Positions 1-8,939 are shown, counted from the first letter of the stretch. The stretch: 32,000 nucleotides of DNA from Coprobacillaceae bacterium (GCA_963675515.1 OY776328.1:1980001-2012000); one strand, 5' to 3'. The notes: generated by a model from the letters alone, not told the origin. Numbers and translations are program-made.

Positions 1-443
1 TACTCGACATATCTTACAGTGCCGTTTTTGTCTACGATGACGATGCCTCTTTCAAGCAAACGGTGCTCCTTGATCAAGAAACCGTATTTCAGCGCAAAAT
101 CCAGGTCTTTGTGATCGGACAGGGTCAATACCTTGTCAATACCCTCAGCAGAGCAAAACCGTCCCAAAGCAAAGGGCAGATCGACTGAAATGGTGTAGAT
201 AACCGTATCATTGAAATTGGCCGCCTCCTCGTTGAAGCGCCTTGTCTGGGCGGCGCACACCGATGTGTCCACGCTTGGGACAACGGAAATGATCACATTC
301 TTACCTTTTGCATCTGACAATTTTACCGGATTGAGATTGGAGTCCAATACCGTGAAATCTTTAGCCTGGTCCCCTGCTTTTACTTCCTCTCCAACCAACG
401 TGATCGGATTGCCTCCCATTGTTGCAATATTTTTTCTTTCCAT
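1..443 (-). CDS. tpx: Thiol peroxidase (Tpx, atypical 2-Cys peroxiredoxin); C-terminal end cut by the window edge
   Basis: Absent from the ORF track because it runs off the window. The reverse strand from ATG 443..441 (AAGGAGG at 456..450, 6-nt spacer) reads MERKNIATMGGNPITLVGEEVKAGDQAKDFTVLDSNLNPVKLSDAKGKNVIISVVPSVDTSVCAAQTRRFNEEAANF...LPFALGRFCSAEGI. It carries the Tpx P-S-x-D-T-x-V-C peroxidatic motif and the resolving-Cys context. About 147 of roughly 165 aa are present. Confidence 0.9.
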   Translation of the reverse strand, partial: MERKNIATMGGNPITLVGEEVKAGDQAKDFTVLDSNLNPVKLSDAKGKNVIISVVPSVDTSVCAAQTRRFNEEAANFNDTVIYTISVDLPFALGRFCSAEGIDKVLTLSDHKDLDFALKYGFLIKEHRLLERGIVIVDKNGTVRYVE

Positions 444-606
444 ATTAAACCTCCTTGAGATGATTATAGCGTATCAGAATTTTTTTACAAATTTACTGCT
501 CATTTTTTTGATTTCATCATTTCACAATCATTTTGTAGTTCAAATATGAAGACAAACTTTGGTAACTATGGTATCATTAACATGTATTTGAGAAAGGAGA
601 AATATT

Positions 607-771
607 ATGGCTCAATATGTATGCGATGTGTGCGGATGGATCTACGACGAAGCTGAAGGGGATGTGGATAACGGCTACGCTCCAGGAACAAAATGGGAAG
701 ATTTGCCTGAAGATTTTGTTTGCCCTTTATGTGGTGTTGGTAAAGATTCTTTCTCTTTGGTAGAAGAATAA
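607..771 (+). CDS. Rubredoxin (54 aa)
   Basis: Below the ORF-track size cut-off. ATG at 607 follows AAGGAGA. The translation is [54 protein letters not shown], with the two C-x-x-C-G knuckles and the conserved W/Y/F core of rubredoxins. TAA at 769..771. Confidence 0.93.
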   Translation: MAQYVCDVCGWIYDEAEGDVDNGYAPGTKWEDLPEDFVCPLCGVGKDSFSLVEE

Positions 772-779
772 TTCAAAAA

Positions 780-808
780 AGCTGTCGGCCTGGCTGACAG
801 CTTTTTTC
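780..808 (+). terminator. Rho-independent terminator of the rubredoxin gene
   Basis: AGCTGTC (780..786) pairs with GACAGCT (796..802) and is followed by TTTTTT, 9 nt after the stop codon. Confidence 0.75.
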
Positions 809-828
809 GTTCAAGCACCTTGATTGGG

Positions 829-856
829 TAAAAAAAAGCCCGGTCTTGCAACCAGG
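829..856 (-). terminator. Rho-independent terminator downstream of the tRNA pair
   Basis: The minus strand reads CCTGGT-TGCAAG-ACCGGG (one G-U pair) followed by CTTTTTTTT, directly 3' of tRNA-Val. Confidence 0.55.
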
Positions 857-873
857 ATATCTAAAAAGTTAAA

Positions 874-949
874 TGGTGGGGGTTGACGGGCTCGAACCGC
901 CGACCCTCTGCTTGTAAGGCAGATGCTCTCCCAACTGAGCTAAACCCCC
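874..949 (-). tRNA. tRNA-Val (anticodon UAC), CCA encoded
   Basis: The reverse complement is GGGGGTTTAGCTCAGTTGGGAGAGCATCTGCCTTACAAGCAGAGGGTCGGCGGTTCGAGCCCGTCAACCCCCACCA. It has a 7-bp acceptor stem, GCTC/GAGC D stem, anticodon loop CTTACAA, GTTCGAG T loop and is 76 nt long. Confidence 0.95.
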
Positions 950-959
950 GAATTATAAA

Positions 960-1035
960 TGGTGACCCGTACGGGATTCGAACCCGTGAATGCATGCGTG
1001 AAAGGCATGTGAGTTAACCGTTTCTCCAACGGGCC
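960..1035 (-). tRNA. tRNA-Glu (anticodon UUC), CCA encoded
   Basis: The reverse complement is GGCCCGTTGGAGAAACGGTTAACTCACATGCCTTTCACGCATGCATTCACGGGTTCGAATCCCGTACGGGTCACCA. It has a cloverleaf with the G2-U71 wobble typical of tRNA-Glu, anticodon loop CTTTCAC and is 76 nt long. Confidence 0.93.
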
Positions 1036-1149
1036 ATATTTGTTTTTGTAACGCCCGTTTATAATATCATCCCGTCATCATTAATGCAAGAACTTTTTTG
1101 GGAATTTCATGTTTTTTTTGAAACAGGTGGTCAAGTGCGCTTGAATCAC

Positions 1150-1185
1150 CCAAAAATGAAACCGGACCAGGCACGCCTGGTCCGG
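1150..1185 (-). terminator. Rho-independent terminator of nrdDG
   Basis: A 10-bp GC-rich stem CCGGACCAGG/CCTGGTCCGG (1162..1185) is followed on the minus strand by TTTCATTTTT. It lies 6 nt after the nrdG stop. Confidence 0.8.
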
Positions 1186-1190
1186 CAATC

Positions 1191-1688
1191 TTATAGCATT
1201 ATATTTTTCAATTCGATTATTCTCTGGTTGGATGACCCGCGGAACTTGAGGGTGATGTCCTTGAGCTCTTCGACAAACAAGCCGTCAACCAGGACATCGG
1301 CATTTTTCAATAGCTCGACTGTCGCCTCGGTATGCTTGGTTCCGCTTGGATCAAGAAGGTCGCTCTCCAGGGTGTAACCCGTATAGATCCAGATTGTCTT
1401 GTCGGGAAACTCCTTTTTGACCCTCCTGACAAACGGCAAAAGTTCAACCTGGTTCTCCGGTTCCATCGGTTCGCCACCAAGGATGCTTAGCCCGGCGATA
1501 TGTGCGGGTTTGAGACTCTCGATTATTTCATCCTCCACATCCCTGGTGAATTCCTGACCGTAATTGAAATCCCACGTTTCGGGATTGAAGCAGTTTTTGC
1601 AGCGATTCCGGCACCCCGACACGAAAAGTGTGGTCCTGACCCCGGTCCCGTTGGCAACGTCGTTTTTCTTGATATTTCCGTAGTGCAT
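1191..1688 (-). CDS. nrdG: Anaerobic ribonucleoside-triphosphate reductase activating protein (radical SAM)
   Basis: The track ORF is 1191..1763. I place the start at ATG 1688..1686 (MHYGNIKKNDVANGTGVRTTLFVSGCRNRCKNCFNPETW) because it overlaps the nrdD TGA as ATGA. The product has the C-x3-C-x2-C radical-SAM cluster motif and NrdG-like length (165 aa). Confidence 0.9.
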   Translation of the reverse strand: MHYGNIKKNDVANGTGVRTTLFVSGCRNRCKNCFNPETWDFNYGQEFTRDVEDEIIESLKPAHIAGLSILGGEPMEPENQVELLPFVRRVKKEFPDKTIWIYTGYTLESDLLDPSGTKHTEATVELLKNADVLVDGLFVEELKDITLKFRGSSNQRIIELKNIML

Positions 1689-3838
1689 CAAAGGTGAAGC
1701 ACCCTTTCCATGATTTCTTCGGTCCGGCCCTGATTCCAGAACTGGGTTCCGATATAGCCGCAAGTCCGTCTGGCTACCGACATCTGCGTCTGATCCTCAT
1801 TGCCGCAGCTTGGACAGTGCCAGTGAAGATTGCCGTTATCTTCCTTGATCACGATTTCGCCGTCGAAACCGCATTTGTAACAGTAATCCGATTTGGTGTT
1901 CAATTCGGCATACATGATGTTGTCATAGATGTGTTTCATCACCGAAACTACAGCTTCGATATTGTTGAGCAGGTTGGGAACCTCGACGTAGGAAATGGCT
2001 CCCCCTGGAGAAAGTTCCTGGAACTTCGATTCGAAAGACAGTTTGGTGAACGCATCAATCGGCTCGGTCACATGGACATGGTAAGAATTGGTGATGTAGT
2101 TCTTGTCGGTAACCCCGGCTACGACACCAAAGCGTTCCTTGAGCTTGTTTGCGAACTTGTATGTCGTCGATTCCAACGGTGTTCCATAAACGCTGAAGTC
2201 GATGTTGTGGGCGTCTTTCCATTCATGACAGGCGTCATTCATGTGCTTCATCACGTTAAAGGCGAACGGTTGGGCCACCTCATCGGTATGGCTCCGGCCA
2301 GTCATGTATTTGACACACTCATACAATCCGGCATACCCCAGGGAAATTGTCGAATAGCCATTGTAAAGCAGCTTGTCGATTTTCTCACCTTTTTCAAGGC
2401 GGGCCAAAGCCCCATATTGCCAAAGAATCGGTGCGGCATCCGAAAGGGTCCCTTTAAGGCGGTTGTGACGGATCAACAAGGCCCGGTGGCACAGTTCGAG
2501 ACGTTCGTCAAAAATCCGCCAGAACTCGTTGATGTTGCCTTTGGAAGAAAGAGCGATGTCGACCAGGTTGATTGTAACAACCCCTTGGTTGAATCGGCCA
2601 TAGTACTTAGGCTTGTTGTCCTCATCGCGGTATGGCGTCAAAAACGAGCGGCACCCCATGCAGGTGTAGCAATCGCCGTTTTTAAGCTCGCGCATCTTCT
2701 TTTCGGAAATGTAATCGGGCACCATCCGTTTGGCCGTGCATTTTGCCGCCAGTTCAGTCAGTTTGAAATATTTGGAATCCTCATTGATGTTGTTTTCTGA
2801 AAGGACGTAAATCAATTTCGGGAAGGCCGGAGTGATCCAGATTCCCGCTTCATTCTTGACTCCCTGATAGCGCTGTTTGAGCATTTCCTCGATGATCAAA
2901 GCCAGGTCCTCTTTTGTCTGACCTTCTTCAAGTTCGTTGAGGTACATGAAAACAGTGACAAAAGGCGCCTGTCCGTTGGTTGTCATCAATGTGATGATCT
3001 GGTACTGGATCATCTGGACCCCATGCTTGATCTCGTTTTTAAGCCGCTTGTTGACCAGTTTGTCGAACTGTTCCTTGGCCATGGCTGTATTTGTCAGCTG
3101 AAGCTCTTCGTTGATCTCTTTGATGATCCGTTGCCGGGAAATATCCACAAAAGGAGCTAAGTGGCTTAAGGTGATTGATTGCCCGCCATACTGGCAGCTG
3201 GCAACCTGGGCGATAATCTGCGTTGTGATATTGCATGCCGTAGAGAATTTTTTTGGCTTTTCAATCATAGTCCCGGAAATCACCGTACCGTTCTGGAGCA
3301 TGTCTTCGAGATTGATAAGGTCACAGTTATGCATGTGCTGTGCGAAATAATCCGCATCGTGGAAATGGATTATTCCATCATCATGGGCCTTGGCCAGGTC
3401 CTCGTCAAGCAGGAACCGTCTGGTTATATCCTTGCTTACCTCTCCGGCCATGTAGTCGCGTTGAACGGAAACGATGGTCGGATTCTTGTTCGAGTTCTCC
3501 TGTTTGACTTCCTCATTCTCAGTTTCAATCAGGCTCAATATTTGGGCATCGATCGTATTTGATTTGCGCACCAGTGCCCTTTTGTAGCGATACTTGATAT
3601 ATGTTTTGGCGAGTTCGAAGTTTGACCCCTCAAGCAAAATGTTCTCGACAATATCCTGGATCTGTTCGACGTTGTGACCTTCTTTGATATGATCGGCAGC
3701 TTGGTTGGCCAAATTCCTGATATGGACGTCACTGATGCGGTGAGCTGGTTCCACCTCATTATTGGCCGCATCAATCGCTTGAATGATTTTAGTGATGTCA
3801 AAGCTGGCCGTTTCCCCAGTTCGTTTAATTATGTTCAT
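1688..3838 (-). CDS. nrdD: Anaerobic (class III) ribonucleoside-triphosphate reductase
   Basis: 716 aa. It has an N-terminal ATP-cone (MNIIKRTGETASFDITKII...), a C-terminal Zn ribbon (CYKCG...CPSCG) and the glycyl-radical motif RRTCGYIG. GGAGAG RBS at 3850..3845. Confidence 0.95.
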   Translation of the reverse strand: MNIIKRTGETASFDITKIIQAIDAANNEVEPAHRISDVHIRNLANQAADHIKEGHNVEQIQDIVENILLEGSNFELAKTYIKYRYKRALVRKSNTIDAQILSLIETENEEVKQENSNKNPTIVSVQRDYMAGEVSKDITRRFLLDEDLAKAHDDGIIHFHDADYFAQHMHNCDLINLEDMLQNGTVISGTMIEKPKKFSTACNITTQIIAQVASCQYGGQSITLSHLAPFVDISRQRIIKEINEELQLTNTAMAKEQFDKLVNKRLKNEIKHGVQMIQYQIITLMTTNGQAPFVTVFMYLNELEEGQTKEDLALIIEEMLKQRYQGVKNEAGIWITPAFPKLIYVLSENNINEDSKYFKLTELAAKCTAKRMVPDYISEKKMRELKNGDCYTCMGCRSFLTPYRDEDNKPKYYGRFNQGVVTINLVDIALSSKGNINEFWRIFDERLELCHRALLIRHNRLKGTLSDAAPILWQYGALARLEKGEKIDKLLYNGYSTISLGYAGLYECVKYMTGRSHTDEVAQPFAFNVMKHMNDACHEWKDAHNIDFSVYGTPLESTTYKFANKLKERFGVVAGVTDKNYITNSYHVHVTEPIDAFTKLSFESKFQELSPGGAISYVEVPNLLNNIEAVVSVMKHIYDNIMYAELNTKSDYCYKCGFDGEIVIKEDNGNLHWHCPSCGNEDQTQMSVARRTCGYIGTQFWNQGRTEEIMERVLHL

Positions 3839-4232
3839 TTGAATCTCTCCTTTTCTTCGTACTCTAAAATGATATCATTTATCCAATGGCTTCGCTAGCG
3901 ATTAATCCCATTACAATGCATCTAATTTCACCCACGACAAAAAAGCATCGATTCAATGGAGTCTTTTTATCGATAGTAATTTATGATTTAGATTGGTTAA
4001 ATCATCCAAAAATTATTCTTTCCTAAATAGCTAAACAAAAATGTCCAATTGCCGACATATTCCAAAACACACCTCCATCCACTTTGCCGGTGATTTAGAG
4101 CCGCGGAAAAGCCCTTAAATGTCTTTGATATTGTTTTCATGCAACACTAGTGTTAGATTTGACTAAAAAATACACATTATTACCACTAAAATGAAATAAA
4201 TCCAAATAATGGTAGCGTTTACAGTAGCTGAT

Positions 4233-4242
4233 GTGTTATAAT
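4233..4242 (+). promoter_or_regulatory. Candidate extended -10 promoter element (TGTTATAAT) for the 62-aa ORF
   Basis: TG-n-TATAAT ends 36 nt upstream of ATG 4278. No good -35 is present. Confidence 0.4.
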
Positions 4243-4277
4243 AATCTCGTGATAGATATTTGAAAGGAGCAAAATTC

Positions 4278-4466
4278 ATGGAAAACAAAGACATCAAATT
4301 ATCCAAAGAAGAGCTGGACTTGCTTATCTCGGCGATGACACAGACAATCGATTATTGGGAAAATTTAAGCAACGCAGAAGAGGTTGACGACTTCTACTTC
4401 GCGGACGATCAAAAGACATTCAACATGATGAACGACCTGAGAAAAAGACTGATTGATTACCGTTAG
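4278..4466 (+). CDS. Hypothetical small acidic protein (62 aa)
   Basis: The track ORF starts at TTG 4260. ATG 4278 sits 8 nt after GAAAGGAG. The translation is MENKDIKLSKEELDLLISAMTQTIDYWENLSNAEEVDDFYFADDQKTFNMMNDLRKRLIDYR. It has its own promoter-like element and terminator, and I do not recognise a family. Confidence 0.6.
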   Translation: MENKDIKLSKEELDLLISAMTQTIDYWENLSNAEEVDDFYFADDQKTFNMMNDLRKRLIDYR

Positions 4467-4493
4467 ACTCTTTTCGATTACAGGCAATTCGAA

Positions 4494-4528
4494 GAAACGG
4501 CCCTATCAGACAGATAGGGCCGTTTTTC
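4494..4528. terminator. Bidirectional rho-independent terminator between convergent genes
   Basis: An 11-bp stem ACGGCCCTATC (4497..4507) / GATAGGGCCGT (4513..4523) with a 5-nt loop, flanked by an A-run on one side and TTTTT on the other. Confidence 0.85.
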
Positions 4529-4529
4529 A

Positions 4530-5726
4530 TTATAGGGATTCCTTTATTTTTTGAACGATTTCCTTGATTGTCTCCATCTGTTCTTCCTTTAGGGACGACT
4601 TTATGCTCAGTCGCGGGGAGATTATATCCATATTCTTCATCGATGAGACGATTTCAGTCATCTTGTCACCGGCACAAAGTGCCCATGATCCGTTTTCGAC
4701 AATCGCAACTGTACGATTTTGAAGATTGTGGGCCTTGAGGTCGATCAGGAAATTCTCCATCGGAGTGAATATTCCCGCATTGTAAGACGCTGCAGCCAGG
4801 ACGATATGGGAACATCTGAACGCCTCTGCGATAAGATAGGAAACATCGACTTTAGATGAATCGTAGATGCGCACATCTTCAACCCCGGCCGTGGCCAATT
4901 CGCTGCCGATGATTTCCGCCGCTTTGGCTGTATTGTTGTATACCGAACCATAGACAATCATCACCGAAGGACTTTCAGGTTCGTATGTCGACCATTTCTG
5001 GTATTTATCGATAAGAACATCGATATTTTTCTTGTAGACCGGTCCATGGAGCGGACAGATCATCGCGATATCAAGCTTCGCCGCCTTTTTTAGAAGCATT
5101 TGCACTTGCGGTCCGTATTTTCCGACAATGTTCGCGTAATAACGGCGCAATTCCATGAGATTGTCGCAAGTGAATTTGTCCTGGGCATAAAGGTCACCGT
5201 CGATCGGGTCGAATGTCCCGAACGCATCGGCCGAATAAAGGATCTTGTCCTTTTGGTCGTAAGTGACCATGACCTCAGGCCAGTGAACCATTGGCGCCAT
5301 GAAAAACTTGAAAGTATGTTCGCCGGTGTTAAGCTCATCGTTTTCTTTGACTATCAGGGCCCGGTCAGTGACATCGATATTGAAAAACTGTTTGATCATG
5401 TCCATGATCTTCTGGTTTCCGACGATTGTCACCTCGGGATAGCGGGCGATGATCTCACTGATGCAAGCCGCATGGTCGGGTTCCATATGGTTGACAATCA
5501 GATAGTCAAGGCTGCGCCCCGCCAAAGTTGTGGCGACATTTTCCAAAAACAAATTAGCGATCGCCTCATCGGCGGTGTCGAGCAGGACTGTTTTTTCATC
5601 CATAACCAAATAAGAATTGTAGCTGACTCCCAGGGGCAAAGGATAAATATTTTCAAATAAAGCTAAACGACGATCGTTCCCCCCCACGTAAAACATATCA
5701 TCCGTTAATTTTCTGGTACAATACAT
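4530..5726 (-). CDS. fprA: Flavodiiron protein (class A FDP, FprA-like O2/NO reductase: metallo-beta-lactamase fold plus flavodoxin domain)
   Basis: The track ORF starts at GTG 5732. ATG 5726 lies 7 nt after GGAGGAG. The product has the diiron ligand motif H-x-E-x-D-H (NHMEPDH), then a C-terminal flavodoxin-like domain (VMIVYGSVYNNT...). About 398 aa, typical of FDPs. Confidence 0.88.
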   Translation of the reverse strand: MYCTRKLTDDMFYVGGNDRRLALFENIYPLPLGVSYNSYLVMDEKTVLLDTADEAIANLFLENVATTLAGRSLDYLIVNHMEPDHAACISEIIARYPEVTIVGNQKIMDMIKQFFNIDVTDRALIVKENDELNTGEHTFKFFMAPMVHWPEVMVTYDQKDKILYSADAFGTFDPIDGDLYAQDKFTCDNLMELRRYYANIVGKYGPQVQMLLKKAAKLDIAMICPLHGPVYKKNIDVLIDKYQKWSTYEPESPSVMIVYGSVYNNTAKAAEIIGSELATAGVEDVRIYDSSKVDVSYLIAEAFRCSHIVLAAASYNAGIFTPMENFLIDLKAHNLQNRTVAIVENGSWALCAGDKMTEIVSSMKNMDIISPRLSIKSSLKEEQMETIKEIVQKIKESL

Positions 5727-5754
5727 TGACACTCCTCCTAGTTCTTTATCAAAT

Positions 5755-5782
5755 ATTTTAGCATAATCGACCGCAAATTCAA
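5755..5782 (-). promoter_or_regulatory. Candidate sigma-A promoter of the flavodiiron gene
   Basis: The minus strand reads TTGAAT (5782..5777), a 16-nt spacer, then TGC-TAAAAT (-10 at 5760..5755), about 25 nt upstream of the RBS. Confidence 0.45.
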
Positions 5783-5831
5783 GAAATATCCCGAAATATT
5801 GATTTAATTAACCCCGTGTTTCCATGAGAAG

Positions 5832-5856
5832 CAAAAAAAGAGAACCGCAGTTCCCT
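5832..5856 (-). terminator. Rho-independent terminator of the rhodanese gene
   Basis: The minus strand reads AGGGAAC-TGCG-GTTCTCT (one G-U pair) followed by TTTTTTTGC. The stem overlaps the stop codon. Confidence 0.6.
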
Positions 5857-6178
5857 ATCTTTGAATCGGACCTTTGTAGGCGTTGATTCCGCCAATTGAA
5901 GTCACATCGGTGTATCCGGCATGTTTCAAGGCAGTGACAGCATTACGGGCCCGCGCTCCTGAATGACAATAGACGTAAATCTTCTTTTCAATATCGGATA
6001 TCTGTTTAATCTTGCTTCCATCAAGGGTTTCCACCGGCACATTGATCGCTCTAGGGAGATGGCCTCCTTTGAATTCCTCTTTCGTGCGGACATCGAGAAG
6101 GACTGCTCCGTTTTCCTTTGACTTGGCATAGGCGTCATTGATATTCATGCCACCAAATAAATTAGAGAATATGTTCAT
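5855..6178 (-). CDS. Single-domain rhodanese-like sulfurtransferase
   Basis: The track ORF starts at GTG 6187. ATG 6178 lies 6 nt after GAGGTG. The product has the LLDVRTKEEFKGGHLPRAINVP rhodanese signature and the active-site loop CHSGARA. About 107 aa. Confidence 0.85.
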   Translation of the reverse strand: MNIFSNLFGGMNINDAYAKSKENGAVLLDVRTKEEFKGGHLPRAINVPVETLDGSKIKQISDIEKKIYVYCHSGARARNAVTALKHAGYTDVTSIGGINAYKGPIQR

Positions 6179-6293
6179 TTTCTTCACCTCGATGAAAGTA
6201 TATCACAACACAATATTCCTGAATATCGATATGCATCTATTAATTGACATCAACCGATTAATGGATTCGATTCCTTTTTTGATACAATTCCAT

Positions 6294-6322
6294 TTGTCAT
6301 TGGCAGCCATTTCGGGTACAAT
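6294..6322 (+). promoter_or_regulatory. Candidate sigma-A promoter of the ABC-F/pdxK operon
   Basis: TTGTCA (6294..6299), a 17-nt spacer, then TACAAT (6317..6322), 23 nt upstream of ATG 6346. Confidence 0.5.
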
Positions 6323-6345
6323 AATAGCTATTAGAGGTGAATACT

Positions 6346-8100
6346 ATGCTTGTAAGCTGCAAACAAATAACAAAATTCCAAGGCGAGAATCTCGTCCTTG
6401 ACAATATCGAACTCAATATCGAAGACAATGACAAGATCGCGATAGTCGGGGTCAACGGGACCGGAAAATCGACCTTGCTCAACATCGTTGCCAAAAGGAC
6501 CGATTTTTTGGGCGATATCATTTATAAAAAGGATCTCAAGATTGCCATGCTTGACCAGAATCCCCAGTTCGAGGGCACCAAGACGATAACCCAGGTCATC
6601 CACGACAATCTCCAGGAGGGAATCAACGAATATGAACTCAAGGCCATTGTCAACAAGTTCGGGCTCGATTCCCATGAGCAGAAAATCAGCCACCTGTCAG
6701 GAGGACAGATAAAACGCCTGGCTTTGGCTTTGGTGCTGGTCAAATCTTGTGACCTGCTTATTCTTGACGAGCCAACCAACCATCTTGACAACAGGATGAT
6801 CGATTTTCTGGAAAAGTACCTGATCCGCTTCAACAAGGCGCTACTTCTGGTTACCCATGACCGCTATTTTTTGGAGCGGGTCACAACAAAAATCATCGAA
6901 ATAGACCAGAGCCAGCTTTATGAATATCAGGGCAACTATGAATCATACCTGGAACAAAAGCAGGAGCGGACCAGTGTGATGCTGGCCGCCCAGCACAAGC
7001 GCAAACAGTTTTTAAAAAAGGAACTTGAATGGGTCCGGGCCGGAGTCCAGGCCAGATCGACCAAGCAGAAATCGCGGCTGGAACGCTTCGAGAAGCTCAG
7101 TTCCCTAAGCGATGTCGCCACCAAACAGGATATCGAAATCTTCGAGAAAACGACCCGTTTGGGCAAAAAAACAATCGAGTTGATCGACATTTCCAAATCA
7201 TATGAAAAGAAACTTTTCGACAGCTTTTCCTACAATTTCCAGCGGTACGACCGGATCGGGATTTTAGGCGACAACGGCACCGGGAAATCGACCCTGCTCA
7301 ATATCATCGCCAAGTTCATCGAACCCGATACAGGCGAGGTTGTCCATGGCACGACTTTGAACATCGGTTATTTCAAACAAGGCATCCATGATCTTGATCA
7401 AAATCTTAAAGTCAAGGATTACATCGACCAGATCGCCCTCAACCTGGCAACCGACCAGGGCACTATCGCTTCCCATGACCTGCTTGAACGGTTCAACTTC
7501 GACAAGTTGCTTCAGCACACCCTGATCGGCCGTCTTTCCGGGGGGCAGAAAAGACGTCTCTATCTTCTTTCCATCCTGATGCAGGGTCCCAATGTCCTGA
7601 TTCTCGACGAACCTACCAATGACCTCGATATCCAGACAATGGGGACTCTCGAAGATTTTCTCGACAGTTTTCCTGGCATCGTGATCACCGTCAGCCATGA
7701 CCGTTACTTTCTCGATCGGGTATGCAGCGGACTTTTCGTGATCAAGAACCATAAGATAACCTACCTCAATGGCGGCTATTCGCAAAACATCGACTCGTTC
7801 ACAACGGTGATAAAAGAAAAGAAGGAAGCCTACATCACCCAGAAAGAACAAACCAGAAAAGCCAAGCTGAAACTCTCTTTCCAACAAAAAAAGGACCTGG
7901 AAACTCTGCCTGGACAAATCGACAGCCTGGAAAATGAAATCAGCGATATTGATGAATCGCTTAGCACAGCCAGCGAATATGAACAAATAGAGAAACTCTC
8001 GAAAAGACGTGAAGAGCTCCATGAATCACTCGAACAAAAAAGCGAATATTATTTTGAGCTTTTGGAAATCCAAGAAGAAATCGAGGGCAATCAACAATGA
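6346..8100 (+). CDS. ABC-F family ATPase (Uup/YfmR-like translation factor; two ABC domains, no membrane domain)
   Basis: The start is placed at ATG 6346 (AGAGGTG RBS plus 6 nt); the track start is GTG 6337. It has two Walker A motifs (GVNGTGKST, GDNGTGKST), two LSGGQ signatures, a short basic inter-domain linker (EWVRAGVQARSTKQKSRLERFEKL) and a C-terminal coiled-coil tail. Confidence 0.88.
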   Translation: MLVSCKQITKFQGENLVLDNIELNIEDNDKIAIVGVNGTGKSTLLNIVAKRTDFLGDIIYKKDLKIAMLDQNPQFEGTKTITQVIHDNLQEGINEYELKAIVNKFGLDSHEQKISHLSGGQIKRLALALVLVKSCDLLILDEPTNHLDNRMIDFLEKYLIRFNKALLLVTHDRYFLERVTTKIIEIDQSQLYEYQGNYESYLEQKQERTSVMLAAQHKRKQFLKKELEWVRAGVQARSTKQKSRLERFEKLSSLSDVATKQDIEIFEKTTRLGKKTIELIDISKSYEKKLFDSFSYNFQRYDRIGILGDNGTGKSTLLNIIAKFIEPDTGEVVHGTTLNIGYFKQGIHDLDQNLKVKDYIDQIALNLATDQGTIASHDLLERFNFDKLLQHTLIGRLSGGQKRRLYLLSILMQGPNVLILDEPTNDLDIQTMGTLEDFLDSFPGIVITVSHDRYFLDRVCSGLFVIKNHKITYLNGGYSQNIDSFTTVIKEKKEAYITQKEQTRKAKLKLSFQQKKDLETLPGQIDSLENEISDIDESLSTASEYEQIEKLSKRREELHESLEQKSEYYFELLEIQEEIEGNQQ

Positions 8101-8939
8101 AGAAAATCCTGACAGTCCAAGACATTTCCTGCGTGGGCAAATGTTCCCTGACCATCGCCCTGCCGATAATCTCGGCGCTTGGCATCGAGACCCGGATCCT
8201 GCCCACGGCAGTGTTGTCGACCCATACCCTGTTTCCCGGATTCACCTTCCGCGATCTCACCGAGGACATTCCCAAGATTTCCAACCACTGGCAAAGCCAG
8301 AATCTGGAATTCGACGCCATCTACACCGGCTATCTTGGCACAACTGAGCAGATTGATTTGATTATCGATTTGATCGGGAAATTCAAGACTGACGCCAATG
8401 TCGTCATAATCGATCCCGTCATGGGCGACGCAGGCAAGCTGTACCCCGGATTCGACCTGGAATATGCCCTTGCCATGAAAAAACTCGTCAGCCACGGCGA
8501 CATCATCATGCCCAACCTGACCGAAGTCGGATTGCTCCTCGAGAGGCCCTGGATCTATGATCGTTACACCAAAGAAGACATCGAACAGGCCCTTGTCGAC
8601 CTGGTGGGACTGGGCTGTTCAAAAGCGATGATCACCGGTGTGAGCCTCAACGAGGGGATGATCGGGGTCTACTACTATGATTCGGAAAAGGAACTTTTCG
8701 AATTCATCGAAAACGAAAAAATCGAGAACCACTTCCACGGCACAGGTGACCTGTTTGCCTCGACAATCGTGGGAAGTCTGATGCGGGGCTTGTCGTTGGC
8801 TGATGCCATCGAACTGGCCGAATATTACGTGGTGACCTGCATCAAAGCCACCATCGAAGATGCCACCCACTCATGGTACGGCGTCAATTTCGAACAGCGC
8901 ATCCCGCATCTTTTAAATCGGCTGGAAACCTATCTATAG
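8097..8939 (+). CDS. pdxK: Pyridoxal/pyridoxine/pyridoxamine kinase (ribokinase superfamily)
   Basis: The ATG overlaps the ABC-F TGA (ATGA at 8097..8100). MKKILTVQDISCVGKCSLTIALPIISALGIET..., DAIYTGYLG, VIIDPVMGD and GTGDLFAS are typical of PdxK/PdxY-type kinases. Confidence 0.85.
   Translation: MKKILTVQDISCVGKCSLTIALPIISALGIETRILPTAVLSTHTLFPGFTFRDLTEDIPKISNHWQSQNLEFDAIYTGYLGTTEQIDLIIDLIGKFKTDANVVIIDPVMGDAGKLYPGFDLEYALAMKKLVSHGDIIMPNLTEVGLLLERPWIYDRYTKEDIEQALVDLVGLGCSKAMITGVSLNEGMIGVYYYDSEKELFEFIENEKIENHFHGTGDLFASTIVGSLMRGLSLADAIELAEYYVVTCIKATIEDATHSWYGVNFEQRIPHLLNRLETYL

Noticed and set aside
1694-2800. A 368-aa plus-strand ORF, together with ORFs 3111..3562 and 3674..3898.
   Set aside because: These are antisense shadow ORFs inside nrdD. 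They have no RBS and a low-complexity, unrecognisable translation, while the opposite strand encodes a full-length conserved NrdD.
3867-4154. The palindromes AAATGATATCATTT (3867..3880) and AACACTAGTGTT (4143..4154) as NrdR or other operators of nrdD.
   Set aside because: Neither fits the 16-bp NrdR consensus (the CAC...GTG arms have the wrong spacing). Palindromes of 12-14 bp are expected by chance several times in 32 kb of AT-rich DNA.
7264-8022. A 252-aa minus-strand ORF inside the ABC-F gene. Similar cases are 5100..5660 (+), 9847..10894 (+), 12170..12994 (+), 27129..27704 (+) and 30374..30871 (-).
   Set aside because: All lie antisense to strongly supported conserved genes, lack ribosome-binding sites and have no recognisable motifs. 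They are typical shadow ORFs.
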